A stretch of DNA of 64,000 nucleotides. Source: an uncultured Verrucomicrobiae bacterium. Lineage in GTDB: Bacteria > Verrucomicrobiota > Verrucomicrobiia > Limisphaerales > Palsa-1400. This document shows positions 18,748 to 31,305 of the stretch, piece after piece. The stretch covers positions 256,001-320,000 of the forward strand of contig CAVPOM010000006.1 in the NCBI GenBank assembly GCA_963707025.1. Reading direction: 5' to 3'. Position 1 is the stretch's first letter; each line of letters begins with the position of its first letter. Under the pieces are notes generated by a model. It was not told where the DNA came from, searched no databases, and worked only from the letters and a program-made list of their open reading frames with translations. The translations under genes were made by a program, and so were the position numbers.

Positions 18748-20931
18748 CTAGACCAGCCCGACCCATTTGCGGCCGATCCAATAGACGGTGAGGAGGAAGA
18801 GGATGGCGCCGCCCCACCGCGGATCGCTCCAGATGCGGACGCGTTTTTCGACCGGCCCCGGTTCGGGCAGAAGTGAAATCTGCTTGACAACATTGTCGAA
18901 GTCGTCCGCCGTGAAACTGGCGCCCCGGGAGACGGCGGAAATCTCGCGCAAGACCCGGGCGTTGACGGGCTGGCCCAGTTTCTCCAGCAGGGGCGGAGCC
19001 ACCAGCAACGCGGTTTCCAGATGGCGGCCATGCGCCGGGGAGGCGGCCTCCATTTTGTAGCGGCCGCTTTCCAGGGCGGCGAAGGCGGACTTGAAAACGC
19101 CCCAGCCTCCTGGCAGGGGCGCGAATTCCAACCGCTCCACCCGGCCGGAGGGCGAGGTGATTTTGCCGGTGACCGGCCCCTTGTCAATAGGAAAACCGGC
19201 CTCGTCCAGCACGGTGCTTTGCAGATAAACGGTGTCGCCGGCCTGCGGAGCTTCCGGGCTGTAGCTGAGGCGGATGCCTTCCTTTTCGGAGAGGTGGCGC
19301 TGATGGGCCATCCAGCGGACGACCTGCCCCCAGAAGCGGTAATGAAATTTGTCCTCCACGCCGCGCCGCCAGCGCCAGGCGCTGTCGGTGCCGAGAAAGA
19401 GAACCTTGCCCGCGTCGGCCGAACGGGTGACGAGCAGGGGCATGCGGCCAAAGTCGTTGCGCAGGGAGGAATGGACGGCGAGGACCTCGGAGCCGGGCCG
19501 GCTCTTTTCCACGGCGGCGGACCAAAAGAAGCCGGGCAATTGCTTCCACAACTCGTCATTGCGATCTTCGTCGGAATCGAAGCGGGTGAGCCAATGGCGT
19601 TTGCCGGCGCTGGTCAGGACCAGTTGCACCTCGTTTTGCAATCCGATGCCCTGCGGTTTGGACGGGTCCAGGATGACGGGATATAAATCGGCCAGCGGGC
19701 TTTGGAGAAAAGTGGCCTCGCGCCCGCGTTGGCCCGGGACAAAGACCAGGCCGCTGGCTTGCTGCTCGACCAGGCCCCGGATCATGGCGGCGTTGGTCAG
19801 GGTCAGCTCATTTTGGCCGATGCCGACGTCGCCCAGAAAAATCACATCGTACGGGGCCAGCGCTTCCTTGGTGGCGGGGAAGGCCGGGATGTAGTTGGGG
19901 CCGTCGCCCGGCCCGATGTCAGGATGGTAGAGCAGGCAGTGCATGTCCACGCCGGGATCGCGGGCCAGGGCGTTGCGCAAATAGCGATATTCCCAGCGCG
20001 GCAGGGAATCCACCACCAGCACCTTGAGTTTTTCCTGGCGGATGGAAATATGGAAGGAACGTTGGTTGTTTTCGGCCATGCTTTCCTCCGGTTCCACCGG
20101 CACTTTGACGGTGGCGGTGATTTCCCCGCCGGTGCGCGGGGACCAGAGAATGGCGTCTTCCACCGCGCCGTTGGGCGGGATGGTAATGTCCTTTTTGGCC
20201 TGCTCGCCCTGCGGATCGTAGATCGAGACGGTCGTCTTGACTTGGCGGGCCAGGGTGCTGGTGACCTTGAAGGGAACGGCGATGTCCTCTCCCAATAGAC
20301 CGTAGGCCGGCATGGAAACATTTTCCAGAATCAAGTCCGGCATGGGTGTCGGGCGGCCTACCGCCACGCTGAAAATGGGAATGTTTTGCTCGCGATAGCG
20401 GGTGGCGGTGGCGAGCGGGGATTGGCCCAGGTTCCAATCGCCGTCGGTCAAGACCAGCACGGCCTTGAGATTCTTGAAATCATGCAACGCGCGTTCCAGG
20501 GCGGCGTTGAGGTCGGTGCCATTGATGGCGTTGGCGTTGGTGGAGGGCCTGGCGAAATCCTCCACGGTCACTTTGGCCTTGTTTTGCAGGGGCAGCCAAA
20601 ACTTGCCGGCGCGCTTGGCCTCCAGCCATTGGGCGCGGCTGACCACCTGGTTGGTCAGGGTCAGATCGCGCGTTTTCATGCTGTCGGAAGCGTCCATGAG
20701 GATGGCGATCTCCGGCAGGACGTTGCGCTGGAGGTGTTCGACGTATTCCGGGCGCAGCGAGGTGAAGACGAGCAGTGTCACCAATAAAAAGCGCAGGCAC
20801 TCCAGCCGTCCCACCGCCCGGCCGCGGGCGCTGCGCTGCCAGTTGGCCCAGCCCAGCCAGCCCGCGAAAAGCCAGATGGCCAGCGCGGGCGCGAGCACGG
20901 CAAGCGGGGCGGCGAGTTGAAGGTGGTTCAC
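18748..20931 (-). CDS. Membrane-anchored vWA / glutamine-amidotransferase-like domain protein (MoxR operon)
   Basis: DASDSM MIDAS-like motif, VLTDG, PRWEYRYLRNAL, TM segments at both ends. Confidence 0.8.
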   Translation of the reverse strand: MNHLQLAAPLAVLAPALAIWLFAGWLGWANWQRSARGRAVGRLECLRFLLVTLLVFTSLRPEYVEHLQRNVLPEIAILMDASDSMKTRDLTLTNQVVSRAQWLEAKRAGKFWLPLQNKAKVTVEDFARPSTNANAINGTDLNAALERALHDFKNLKAVLVLTDGDWNLGQSPLATATRYREQNIPIFSVAVGRPTPMPDLILENVSMPAYGLLGEDIAVPFKVTSTLARQVKTTVSIYDPQGEQAKKDITIPPNGAVEDAILWSPRTGGEITATVKVPVEPEESMAENNQRSFHISIRQEKLKVLVVDSLPRWEYRYLRNALARDPGVDMHCLLYHPDIGPGDGPNYIPAFPATKEALAPYDVIFLGDVGIGQNELTLTNAAMIRGLVEQQASGLVFVPGQRGREATFLQSPLADLYPVILDPSKPQGIGLQNEVQLVLTSAGKRHWLTRFDSDEDRNDELWKQLPGFFWSAAVEKSRPGSEVLAVHSSLRNDFGRMPLLVTRSADAGKVLFLGTDSAWRWRRGVEDKFHYRFWGQVVRWMAHQRHLSEKEGIRLSYSPEAPQAGDTVYLQSTVLDEAGFPIDKGPVTGKITSPSGRVERLEFAPLPGGWGVFKSAFAALESGRYKMEAASPAHGRHLETALLVAPPLLEKLGQPVNARVLREISAVSRGASFTADDFDNVVKQISLLPEPGPVEKRVRIWSDPRWGGAILFLLTVYWIGRKWVGLV

Positions 20932-20983
20932 AACGGAAAATGCAGAATGCAGAATGCAGAATGCAAAATGATAAAGGGTTTCA

Positions 20984-22978
20984 TCAGGCAGTTTGCTTCT
21001 CCGGTTGCCTCGCGGTTTTCATCACCCCGGCGCCTTTGGCCGCCGGTCTTTTGCCGGGCAGGATCAAAAGGCCTTCGCCCAGCAGCAGGAGGAGCATGAG
21101 AAACAAAAACAAACGCCAAATTTCCCCCTGCAATTGGCCCGTGTCCACCCGCCGGTCTTGCAACATTTGCAGCGGCAGATCGCCAAACAATTTCCTGAGG
21201 TCGCCGGAGTCCACCATTTCCGGGTCGTCCTCGCCCGCGGGACGATTGACGGCCAAGAGTTGATCGCCGGATTGATAGACCCCGGCCTGGAAACGGATGT
21301 CTTTGGGCTCCTTGGAATCCACCGCCACCCACGTTTTGGCCAGATCGGCCGCGCTCAATTCGCCGCAAGCGGCGCTGGCCACCGATTGCAGGCGGCGCGA
21401 GCCGTCCTGGAGCAGGCGTTGCAGCATCGGCACCAGCACCGGGCCATCCGCCAGGCTGGACCAATCGTCGGCGGGCAGCGAGGCGCAAAAATAAAACTCG
21501 CCCCGGCCCAAACTTTGCCGCGCCAGCAGGGCCGCGCCGTCTTCAAATGCCGCCAGCACGTTTTTTTGTCCGGCAATGATCTGGCGTCGCGGAAAATCCG
21601 TTTGCCCGAGCGGCAGGCTGATGCGCTCATTGCTCCGGGCCAGCGGGCCTTCGTCCTCGTTCCAGCGCAAAACATGAAAGCCGCCCGGCGCCGGGGAAAC
21701 TTCGACCGCGCCCCAGCCCAGGGCGTCGAATTGTCCGGCGTCGGCGCGGCCGGGCGGAAAAAAGACGGCCACGCCGCCCCCGGCCACGAAGGACTGCACG
21801 CGCGCGGCGGTCTCGCCGTCGGGCAGCGCGTCCTGCCAGAGGAGAAGGGAGCAGCCATCGAGATTGGCGGCGGGAAATTCGGCGGGCGCGAGCAGCGCGG
21901 CCGGCTGGCCGGAGCGGGCCGCGGCGGCCAGTTGCAAATAACGCGCCGTGTCCGGGGAACGGCTCACCACCACTCCGCGCAGCGGCGTCTCGGCCCCGTA
22001 AACAAAATAAGCCGAGTTGTCACGCGCATTGGCATCGGCCGGCAAGGTAAAACTGCCCCAGCCGCCCGCCGGATGCGCCCCCAGATCAACCCGGCGGCGC
22101 CAGCGCAGGGACTGGCCCTCGAAGGCGGCCGGCGTTTGCGTTTGCGCCCCGTCCAGCGTCAGCGTCACCGGCAGGGAAGAGTTGGCGGGGCGGTTGCGCT
22201 CCAGATCGAGGACGAATTGCAGTTCCGATTGGTCGCCCTGGGAACGCCGCGCCACTTCCTTGAGGGAGATGGATGCGTTGGCGTCGGCGGGCTGGCTCAG
22301 GACCAGAAGGCGCACGCGCACTTTCTGGGAGAGCGACCCGAGCTGGCCGGCCAGGTCCTTCCAGCGCGGGTCCTCCGGATGCCAGTTGCTGCGCTGGGCG
22401 TCGGAAGCGATCCAGAGTTCCGCCGAGCCGGCGCGGTTTTCCATCAGCCAGTTGAAGGCGGCCCGGAGCATGGCGGGAACATCGGCGGCGGTGTCGGTCG
22501 GCCCGGTGGCGGGCAGGCGCATGAGATTGGTGGCCCGGCCGGCTTCGGCCGGGAGGAGGGTGGCGCTGTCAATAAGAACCAGATGGCTGCTTTCCTCAAA
22601 TTCCCCCGCCGCCTCCGCCAGCAGCCGGATGGCTTGCTCGCGCTTGCTGACCCCACCCGTCTTGATTTCCATGCTGGCGGAGCGGTCCAGCAGAATGACA
22701 ATCGCGTCCGGCGCGGAGGAAACCGCCCAGCCCATCCAGCCGCCCGCCAGCGGCCGGGCCAGAAAGAGGCACAGCGCGGCCACCGCGGCCATGCGGAAAA
22801 GCAGGATAAGAAGCTGGCGCAATTTGGTGTTGCTGACCGAGCTGCGCGTGGCCGCCACCAGAAAGCGCATGGCGGCCCAGGGATGGGAGCGATGGCGCAG
22901 ACGGTTGAGGAGGTGGATGATCACCGGCACCAAGAGCAGCGGCAAACCCCAGAGCAGAATGGGCTGAAGGAATTGCAT
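20984..22978 (-). CDS. BatA-like N-terminal double-TM / vWA protein
   Basis: MQFLQPILLWGLPLLLVPVIIHLLNR...WAAMRFL, LDRSASM. Confidence 0.85.
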   Translation of the reverse strand: MQFLQPILLWGLPLLLVPVIIHLLNRLRHRSHPWAAMRFLVAATRSSVSNTKLRQLLILLFRMAAVAALCLFLARPLAGGWMGWAVSSAPDAIVILLDRSASMEIKTGGVSKREQAIRLLAEAAGEFEESSHLVLIDSATLLPAEAGRATNLMRLPATGPTDTAADVPAMLRAAFNWLMENRAGSAELWIASDAQRSNWHPEDPRWKDLAGQLGSLSQKVRVRLLVLSQPADANASISLKEVARRSQGDQSELQFVLDLERNRPANSSLPVTLTLDGAQTQTPAAFEGQSLRWRRRVDLGAHPAGGWGSFTLPADANARDNSAYFVYGAETPLRGVVVSRSPDTARYLQLAAAARSGQPAALLAPAEFPAANLDGCSLLLWQDALPDGETAARVQSFVAGGGVAVFFPPGRADAGQFDALGWGAVEVSPAPGGFHVLRWNEDEGPLARSNERISLPLGQTDFPRRQIIAGQKNVLAAFEDGAALLARQSLGRGEFYFCASLPADDWSSLADGPVLVPMLQRLLQDGSRRLQSVASAACGELSAADLAKTWVAVDSKEPKDIRFQAGVYQSGDQLLAVNRPAGEDDPEMVDSGDLRKLFGDLPLQMLQDRRVDTGQLQGEIWRLFLFLMLLLLLGEGLLILPGKRPAAKGAGVMKTARQPEKQTA

Positions 22979-22987
22979 GCGGGGGGT

Positions 22988-23882
22988 TCAACCGCCGGCC
23001 GCCAGCCGGGCGCGCGCCACCAGAAAATCGGCCAGCGCTTTTTCATAGGGTTGGTCGGTCACCACCTGCCGGTAATCGGCCGCAAATTCATGGCAGCCCT
23101 CGCGCAGCGCGTCCAGGAACAGCCAGATTTGCCGCAGGTACTCCTCCCGCACCGCCGCCGGTTCGGTCACCAGATGGAAGGAGGTTTCCAAATCCACGAA
23201 CCGGGTGGGACGGTCAAACTTAAAATCCAGCTCCGCCCGGTCCAGCAATTGAAAGAGAGCCAGGTCGTGTTTTTGAAAGCGCAGATGCTGGAAGCAATCC
23301 AGCAGCGGGGCCAGATCGCAAAAGAAATCGGAAAAAACCACGATCAAGGCGCGGCGTTTGACCTTTTCCGCCAAGTCGTGCAGGGCGGGCAGCAGGCCGG
23401 TTTCCCCGCGCGCCGCGGATTTTTGCAGGGTATCCAGGATCAGCTTGAGGTGGGCCGGGTTGCGCCGCGCCGGGATTTCGAAGAAGGTCTTTTCCGCGGT
23501 GCAGAACAACCCCACCGCGTCGCCCTGGTGCGCGGCCAGATAGCCCAGGGCGGCGGCCATGCGCTTGGCGTAATCGAGCTTGGTCGCCCCGGCTTTTCCG
23601 AACTTCATGGAGCCGCTGCAATCCAGCACCAGATAGCAGCGCAAATTGGTTTCGGCCTCGAATTCCTTCATGAAGAAACGGTCGGTGCGGGCGAAGACCC
23701 GCCAGTCGAGGCGGCGGATGTCATCGCCGGGAACGTAGTTGCGGTATTCGGCGAACTCGACGCTGGAACCGCGGTGGGGGCTTTTGTGCAGGCCCGAGAC
23801 GGAGCCTTCCATGGCCTGGCGGGCCAGCAAGGGCAGGTGCATGAGGCGGGAAAGCACCTTGGGATCCAGCAACTGGTTGTCT

Positions 23883-23890
<8 letters not shown>
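22988..23890 (-). CDS. DUF58 family protein
   Basis: GSSVEFAEYRNYVPGDDIRRLDW, LDCSGSM. Confidence 0.92.
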
Positions 23891-24935
<1,045 letters not shown>

Positions 24936-25149
24936 AAGTGTCTTTCAGTCAATGCCGCTGCAATTTAACAGGCGGTCGCCAAAGTTCAACGTTTAAGGTT
25001 GGAATAAGGCAGTGCTTCCGCCATCGGTGGTAGGGCGGGCAGTCCTCTGCCCGCCGCACGACGATCGTGCGACGTTGTTGCTTCCGCCAAAGCCCGATGG
25101 CAGGCAGCGGAATGCCCCCCTGCGACCCACTTCTTGAGCATCCGGAGCC

Positions 25150-25252
25150 ATTTGGCCGAGTGCATCAAACCTCGCGCGTAAGGCCGGCAATGGAAGCGGG
25201 GATTGCGGACCACGATTGGAGCTTGGAAGAGATTGTGAGCCCGATAAGATAA
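25150..25252 (+). pseudogene. C-terminal remnant of an IS1-like transposase
   Basis: RVHQTSRVRPAMEAGIADHDWSLEEIV resembles the RVHxTLRVTPAMxAG..DHVW tail of these transposases. Confidence 0.65.
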
Positions 25253-25410
25253 AAACCATGAAACCTGCCGGACCTATAGAATTAAGCGATGGGGCCATGC
25301 TGTTGGTCATCGTAAGAGATGGCAAGGTGATTCATTACTCCGGGAACCTCTTGTTGTCGCACGCGGAGTTCGGGGTGGCTTTCTTTGAATTCGAGGTTAC
25401 ACTTACACTG

Positions 25411-25815
25411 ATGCAAGCAGAGACCTCCGAACGAAGCTGGAGTCCCGCGAGCCAGGTCATCCTTGGCGCGGACCCGCAACTGGTTCTTTACGGGGACGCC
25501 GTGCTTTGGTTTCACAAGGTCGAACTCTTCCGGCAGCACCAGGAACAGCGCATGTATCTCCGGAGTCCAGGACCGGAGGATTTGGCGCTGCACAAGAAGC
25601 TCCTGCAACGCCTGATCGCCGATGGCGAACATTTGCTCCGGCTGATGGCACAACATGGCTTCGTGGCGAACAGCGACGCCGTGACCCCCGAAGACGTGGC
25701 GGCGACCGTGCGCAGTTTATGCGCAGATTTCCGAGGCTGGCATGAACCGATGCCGGAAGCCCGGCGCGAAGTAATCCTCCACCAAGTCTTCGATGTCCCG
25801 CAATCCGCTCATTGA
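25411..25815 (+). CDS. Hypothetical protein (start may be 25258)
   Basis: Coding-like ORF overlapping the downstream gene. Confidence 0.55.
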   Translation: MQAETSERSWSPASQVILGADPQLVLYGDAVLWFHKVELFRQHQEQRMYLRSPGPEDLALHKKLLQRLIADGEHLLRLMAQHGFVANSDAVTPEDVAATVRSLCADFRGWHEPMPEARREVILHQVFDVPQSAH

Positions 25816-26031
25816 AGCCATCCACGAGGCCCGCTACGATCTTGAAACTTGCGCCCGTCAGGAGCGTGCCGCCCGCCAGAAGAAACTCGAAGACCTGCTC
25901 CCCAGGCGCTGGAACGCTCCGGCTCGAAAACCAAACCCGACGAACTTCTGGACGCCCTTTTCGACGATTACCGTGAGTTTCGCCGTGGCAAGCGTCGCGA
26001 AGAATGGCCTCGGTTGCGCCCGGGTAAGTGA
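25793..26031 (+). CDS. Small hypothetical protein (frameshift near 25900)
   Basis: MSRNPLIEAIHEARYDLE... continues as ...PDELLDALFDDYREFRRGKRREEWPRL in another frame. Confidence 0.55.
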
Positions 26032-26064
26032 GGGGCACAAGCGTTTCTTTCGTGCTCCCTTGGA

Positions 26065-26766
26065 TTAGTGAGTGGCAAAGGCGGTGAAATCCGCGTTCGG
26101 CGGGGCGCGGAAGACCTTCTCGGCGCCGCGCCAGTTCAGGCCAATGGATTCGGCGTGCAAGGCCTGGTTGGGCAAAATCAACTCCTCCCTCTGCCGCGCC
26201 GTCAGCCGGTTCTGCACCAGCGCCAGATACAAATCCTCGCTTCCGCCATAGAGTTTGTCGCCCACGATGGGATGGCCGATGGCGGCCAAATGAATCCGGA
26301 TTTGATGCTTGCGCCCGGTGCGCGGCCGCAGGCGCAGCCGGGAAAAATCCCGCCCGCCGCGCCGGAAACGGCGCTCGACAAAAAACTCCGTCCGCGCCGC
26401 CGCCCCATCGGGGCGCGCGCAATCCTTGATGGCAATCTGGCTTTTTTCATCCTTGCCCAGGGCCAGGTCAATGGCCCCGGAATCCTCCCGCACCGCGCCG
26501 TGGACGATGGCCAGATACTCCTTCCGCACCCCGCCGCTTTCCCACAACTTGCCCAATTCCCCGGCGGCGGCGGAGTTCTTGGCCACGACGGTCACGCCGC
26601 TGGTTTCCCGATCCAGGCGGTTGACCAAGTGGCCTGCCGCGCCCAAATAGAGGCGGACGCGGCCGATCAAGCTGGAAAGCTCGCCACCTTTGGTGGGATG
26701 GCAGACCAAGCCGGCTGGTTTATTCACGACCAGCAGGGCGGCGTCTTCGTAGATAATGTCGAGCAT
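26065..26766 (-). CDS. RluA-family pseudouridine synthase
   Basis: VVNKPAGL, NRLDRETSG, TGRKHQIRIHL, PIVGDKLYG, LHA. Confidence 0.93.
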   Translation of the reverse strand: MLDIIYEDAALLVVNKPAGLVCHPTKGGELSSLIGRVRLYLGAAGHLVNRLDRETSGVTVVAKNSAAAGELGKLWESGGVRKEYLAIVHGAVREDSGAIDLALGKDEKSQIAIKDCARPDGAAARTEFFVERRFRRGGRDFSRLRLRPRTGRKHQIRIHLAAIGHPIVGDKLYGGSEDLYLALVQNRLTARQREELILPNQALHAESIGLNWRGAEKVFRAPPNADFTAFATH

Positions 26767-26803
26767 CTATAGATAATTGCGGATTGCGGATTGCAGCGGG
26801 GCC

Positions 26804-28174
26804 TCACGGCAGTTGGGCGCGGTAGAAGCGGAGAGGAGGGGGGGCCAACTGCGGGTCGGTGAAAAGGAGCCGGCCGGGGCCAAAGGTGCTGCTCCAAATC
26901 GGGAGCCAGGCCACCAAATTGGAGGAAGCCTCGACGACCACCAACTGCCCGGTCGGGCCGGTGAGGACGAACTCAAACTGGCCCTGGTTGAGGCCAAAGG
27001 GCAACGCGGAGCTGAGGATGGTGGGCGGCACGAATCCGATGCGGATGGTGTTATTGGCCGTGTCGGCCACAAAGACGCTGCCCTTCCCGTCCACCGCCAA
27101 ACCGAAAGGAGAACAGAACAGAGCGTTGGTGCCCAAGCCATTGTTGGAGCCGTTGTTCTGGGGCTGGCCGCCGATCGTGCTGGTCACCCAGTTGGTGCCA
27201 ACGGGTGTCAGTTTGCGGATGGTGTCGTTTTCTTCGTCGGCCACATAAATATTGCCATTGGTGTCCACGGCCAGGCTTGTGGGATAGTAAAATTGAGCCG
27301 TGCTGGCGCCATCAGCGGAGCCGTGCTTGCCCGGCCCCAGCCCGGCGATGGTGGTGACAATCCAGTTCGTGCCGGAGGGCGTCATCTTGCGAATCTCGTT
27401 GTTGAACTGGTCGGCCACAAAGAGATTGCCGTTGCTGTCCATGGCCAGGCCCGAGGGAGCGTTGAATTGGGCGGCCGTATTGGTGCCATCCGCCACCCCG
27501 GAGTTGTGCAGCCCCTGCCCGGCGATGGTGGTCACGACCCAATTGGTCGTCCCCGGCACCGGCCTGATTTTGCGAATGGCGTTGTTGTACTGATCGGCCA
27601 CAAAAACATTGCTGTGGGCATCCACCGCGACTCCCGCCGGCTGGTCGAAGAGGGCGGCTGAGTTGGTGCCATCGGCAAAACCAGTGCCATTAGCGCCCGG
27701 CCCCTGCCCGGCGATGGTGGTCACCACCCAGTTGGTCGTGCCGGTTATCGGGGTGACTTTGCGGATGGCGTTGTTCAACTGGTCGGCCACAAAGAGATTG
27801 CCGGAAGGGTCCACCGCTATCCCGGTGGGCCAATTAAAAAGGGCCTGTGCATTGGTGCCGTTTTGCACGCGGTTCTGATTGACCGGGTTGGCCGAACCGG
27901 CGATGGTGCTGACGACCCAATTGGTGCCGACCGCGGTGATTTTGCGGAGGGTGCAGCTTATTTGATCCGCCACGTAAAGATTGCCCTGGCCGTCCACGGC
28001 GACGCCGGCAGGGCCGTGGAACTGGGCGCTGGCATTGCTGCCATCCGTCCAGCCGCCGTAGAGGATGCTGGGATTGCCGGCAACGCTGCGGTAGGCATAG
28101 CTCTGCGCATACCCGTTGGCGGCGATGATCCACATCGCCAGCAGGCCTCCGGCCAACTGAATTTTGGTTTTCAT
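26804..28174 (-). CDS. Secreted NHL-repeat beta-propeller protein
   Basis: Signal peptide; six F..P.G.AVD..GNLFVAD..N..IRK repeats; C-terminal EASSNLVAW...FYRA domain. Confidence 0.9.
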   Translation of the reverse strand: MKTKIQLAGGLLAMWIIAANGYAQSYAYRSVAGNPSILYGGWTDGSNASAQFHGPAGVAVDGQGNLYVADQISCTLRKITAVGTNWVVSTIAGSANPVNQNRVQNGTNAQALFNWPTGIAVDPSGNLFVADQLNNAIRKVTPITGTTNWVVTTIAGQGPGANGTGFADGTNSAALFDQPAGVAVDAHSNVFVADQYNNAIRKIRPVPGTTNWVVTTIAGQGLHNSGVADGTNTAAQFNAPSGLAMDSNGNLFVADQFNNEIRKMTPSGTNWIVTTIAGLGPGKHGSADGASTAQFYYPTSLAVDTNGNIYVADEENDTIRKLTPVGTNWVTSTIGGQPQNNGSNNGLGTNALFCSPFGLAVDGKGSVFVADTANNTIRIGFVPPTILSSALPFGLNQGQFEFVLTGPTGQLVVVEASSNLVAWLPIWSSTFGPGRLLFTDPQLAPPPLRFYRAQLP

Positions 28175-28336
28175 CAAGGCTGCCCGGCTCGGCACTGTGT
28201 ATAGCAAAATCTCTGCGCAATGCGCAATGGAATTCTCAGCCTAAATTCACCAGTGGCCAGGCGGCAGAAAATATCCGCGTCAGGCTGCGGTCCATGCTCC
28301 AATCTGACGCTGAGCAGTTCCGCAGGAAAGATCACC

Positions 28337-29694
28337 TCAGTCCCCGATGACAAACACCTGCTGCACGGTGATGCTCTTGGTGAAGCCGGGCTTGAAGGCC
28401 TTGGCCCGCAGAATGGTGGGTCCGCTCAACTGGATCGGCTTCTCATAAAGCGGGTCCGCGCTGGTGGGCAGGCTCCCGTCCAGCGTGTAGCGGATGCTCG
28501 CCCCCGGTTCGGCTTCCTTCAGGGTCACTTCCATCGGACGGTCGTAACGGCCTTGCGGCGGCGAAATCTCCGGCGGCGCCACCACGGGCGGGCCGGGCAT
28601 GCTTTCGATCCATTGCCGCAACAGCCGCATCCCCTGCTCATCCACCCGGTTGTGCGCCAGTTGCGGCATTTTGATGGCTTCCAGCGAGCTGGCCCGCATG
28701 TAGATGAGCGAGCGCCAGATGTCGTTGGGCGCAATGGCCCGCGCGCCGTCAATGCCTTCGTCAATTAGAATTTGTCCGGCGATCAGGTTCTGTTGCGGCA
28801 GGGGCGTGTCATAGCGCGCGTCAAAATACGCCACCGTCCCGCCGGGCCGGTGGCAGTGGGCGCAGTTGGCGTCCAGGTAGGACCTGGCCCGGTCCTCCAA
28901 ACTGCGGCCGGCGTCCTCCGCGCCCGCCAGCCTGGGGTAGCCGGCCACCCGGTCCTCCTCCAGCGCCGGGTCAAACAGTCCCAGGTGGTTCCAGGCCCGC
29001 AATTGATTGTCGGCCCGCCCCGATGGATAATCAAAATCGCGGTTCATCTGGCGGGTTTTCACGCCCAGGACCAGGCCGGCCCGGCCGTGTGGCACACCAG
29101 GCAATCCTGCCGGCTGGGATAGTACCACATCTGCGTCCGGCTTCCCGCCGCCGTTTTGATCACAATCGCCTCGGTCAAATTGCTGGCCAGCAGGTCGGCG
29201 TCGCTGTTGTCCGCCCGCCATTTGTAGGTGGCCCCATAGACTCCGCCGCCGGCGTCGCACACCAAAAACCGCGTTTCCAGACGGCGTGTCACGGTGGGGC
29301 GCGTTTCGTCGGTCGCCAGTTCGAAGTGCTTGACAAACACCGTCCCCTTGGGAAAACTCCATTCCCCGGCGGGCCGGAATCCGATCTTTCCCGCCGGCTG
29401 GCCGTCCTGCTTGGGCGGGGCCATCCAGCGCCATTTGGCCGCCCCATCCGACCAGAACGGGACATTGAGGTCGTAAGGGATCAGGCCGTCGCCGGGCGCC
29501 AGTCGGGCCGTGTCCTTGAAAGCGCCGGTCTGGGAGAGCAGCAGGGGCAGCGCTCCATTTGCCCGCTCCGGCATATGCAGGCCGGCCGGAGCGCACGGTC
29601 CCGCCTCCAGCCCGTACGGTTTGGCTCCCTCCCCGCCTGCGCCGAAGCAGGACACGACCGCGCCGGACAAAAGACACACCATCGCAAATCTCAT
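28337..29694 (-). CDS. Exported c-type cytochrome-like protein with C-terminal FN3/chitobiase-like domain (frameshift near 29075)
   Basis: LLSQTGAF...PYDLNVPFWSDGAAK, CLVCH and CAHCH heme motifs, IRYTLDGSLPT. Confidence 0.8.
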
Positions 29695-29712
29695 ACCACC
29701 GGATTCTTACCT

Positions 29713-30486
29713 TCAAAATGGAGTCCGCGCATCAAGAAAAAATTGAGTGTGCCCGTCCAGAAAAAGGCGGTTGCGGCCGCCGGGATGGATGGTATAACCC
29801 AGCAGCGGCGGATTAACCGTCGGAGCCGTTTTCGGAAAATATGGGTCCACCATCAACTCCACGTCCGCCGGGCCGTTGATCACGCCCAGCAGCGGGTCGT
29901 TGGCCGCGATCAGGTCCATCACCCCCTGCACCTCCGATTTCGTCCAAAAATCTTCCAGCATCACGTTGGTGTCCGCCAAATCGTTGGTCCGGTCGAAGCG
30001 CCACCCCCAATAGCGCGTCATCGGCACGGTGGGGTCCAGGGAGACGGCTTGCACCGATTGCACCGCCGTTCCCGCCGGCGAATCCAGGGCCGCGGGACAG
30101 GACCAAATAGGAAGGGTGGCCCCTTCATCCAGCAGCACGATGGCCGCCCATCCTGTGCGCGGATCGGAAGGGGGCCAGCTTGTCCACGGGCGGAAACCGC
30201 CGGGCAGGCTCGCTTTCAATTCGCGCTCATCCGGAAATCGGTCGCCGTAATCGCCCAGATACAGGGCGAAGGCCGTCCCAATCTGCTTCAGGTTGGATAC
30301 GCAGCCCGACTTCTGCCCCGCCTGCTTGGCGCGCGCCAGCGCCGGCAACAGCAGGCCGGCCAGGATCGCGATGATGGCAATCACCACCAACAACTCAATC
30401 AAGGTAAACGCACCCGCCCGCGCCGGTCCAGGACCGCCGCAAATCTTCCCTCCGCCGCGCGGCTTCTGCTCGGCATTATTTCTCAT
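29713..30486 (-). CDS. Prepilin-type N-terminal cleavage/methylation protein with H-X9-DG motif
   Basis: [39 protein letters not shown]. Confidence 0.92.
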   Translation of the reverse strand: MRNNAEQKPRGGGKICGGPGPARAGAFTLIELLVVIAIIAILAGLLLPALARAKQAGQKSGCVSNLKQIGTAFALYLGDYGDRFPDERELKASLPGGFRPWTSWPPSDPRTGWAAIVLLDEGATLPIWSCPAALDSPAGTAVQSVQAVSLDPTVPMTRYWGWRFDRTNDLADTNVMLEDFWTKSEVQGVMDLIAANDPLLGVINGPADVELMVDPYFPKTAPTVNPPLLGYTIHPGGRNRLFLDGHTQFFLDARTPF

Positions 30487-30729
30487 GGCGCAACCACCCG
30501 GTAAAAACGCGACGGTGCATTCTTCGCGCGGGGGTCAACCGCGCTGGACGGCACGGCGGCCGGCGCGTGGGCGCTCCACGAAATCCATTTCACCAAATTT
30601 GGCATCTGCACAGACAGCTTGGGCCTCAGAACTGCTTCTCAGTTCCTCTAATTTCTCACATTTGCTGCTTAAATGCAAGCCGGCAGCCCCCGAGGATCCT
30701 GGATTGACCGCCTTCCTGGAGAAGGCCGG

Positions 30730-31134
30730 CTAGCCGCGGCGCCGTTGGTAAAGAAACAACAGCAGGACCACCGCCGCCGACATGAAGCCAATCGCTCCTC
30801 CCAGGGAAACGGCGGAAACGTAATCCTGGTCTGTCGCCCCGGTCATGACCAAATAGGTGATCTCATCCAACACCATGGCGCTGCCGATGCCCAGGGCCGC
30901 GGGAGCCAGGCGCGCCGCCAGCCGCCGGCGCGGACCAAAGGCCAGAATAAAGGCTGCCGGAATTACCAGAAGGATTCCGATAAACAAGTGATGCACCAAA
31001 TAACCGCCGGGATAAACATGCTGGACGCGCACCAAGTGGAGATAGAGCCGCTGGCACAGAAAAGTCGCCAGCATGGGCAGCAAAATCAGCCGGAGCGTTT
31101 GTTTCGGGGACAACGGATGTGGGTTTTGTTCCAT
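30730..31134 (-). CDS. Membrane protein (about 4 TM segments)
   Basis: VHHLFIGILL and LGIGSAMVLDE hydrophobic segments. Confidence 0.75.
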   Translation of the reverse strand: MEQNPHPLSPKQTLRLILLPMLATFLCQRLYLHLVRVQHVYPGGYLVHHLFIGILLVIPAAFILAFGPRRRLAARLAPAALGIGSAMVLDEITYLVMTGATDQDYVSAVSLGGAIGFMSAAVVLLLFLYQRRRG

Positions 31135-31305
31135 AAAATGCGGAGCAGGCTCGTCAAGGAACCGGCCGTGTCGAAGTTTAATCGTTGGCCAAGCCAGTTC
31201 AAGATCATCCTCGTTTCCGGCGGCCAGGGAACGCCCCGAAACCCCAGCCGCCCGCTTGCCAAAATAGTTTCTTTTCCACTCCTGATCCTGTAGTCATTGT
31301 CCGGC

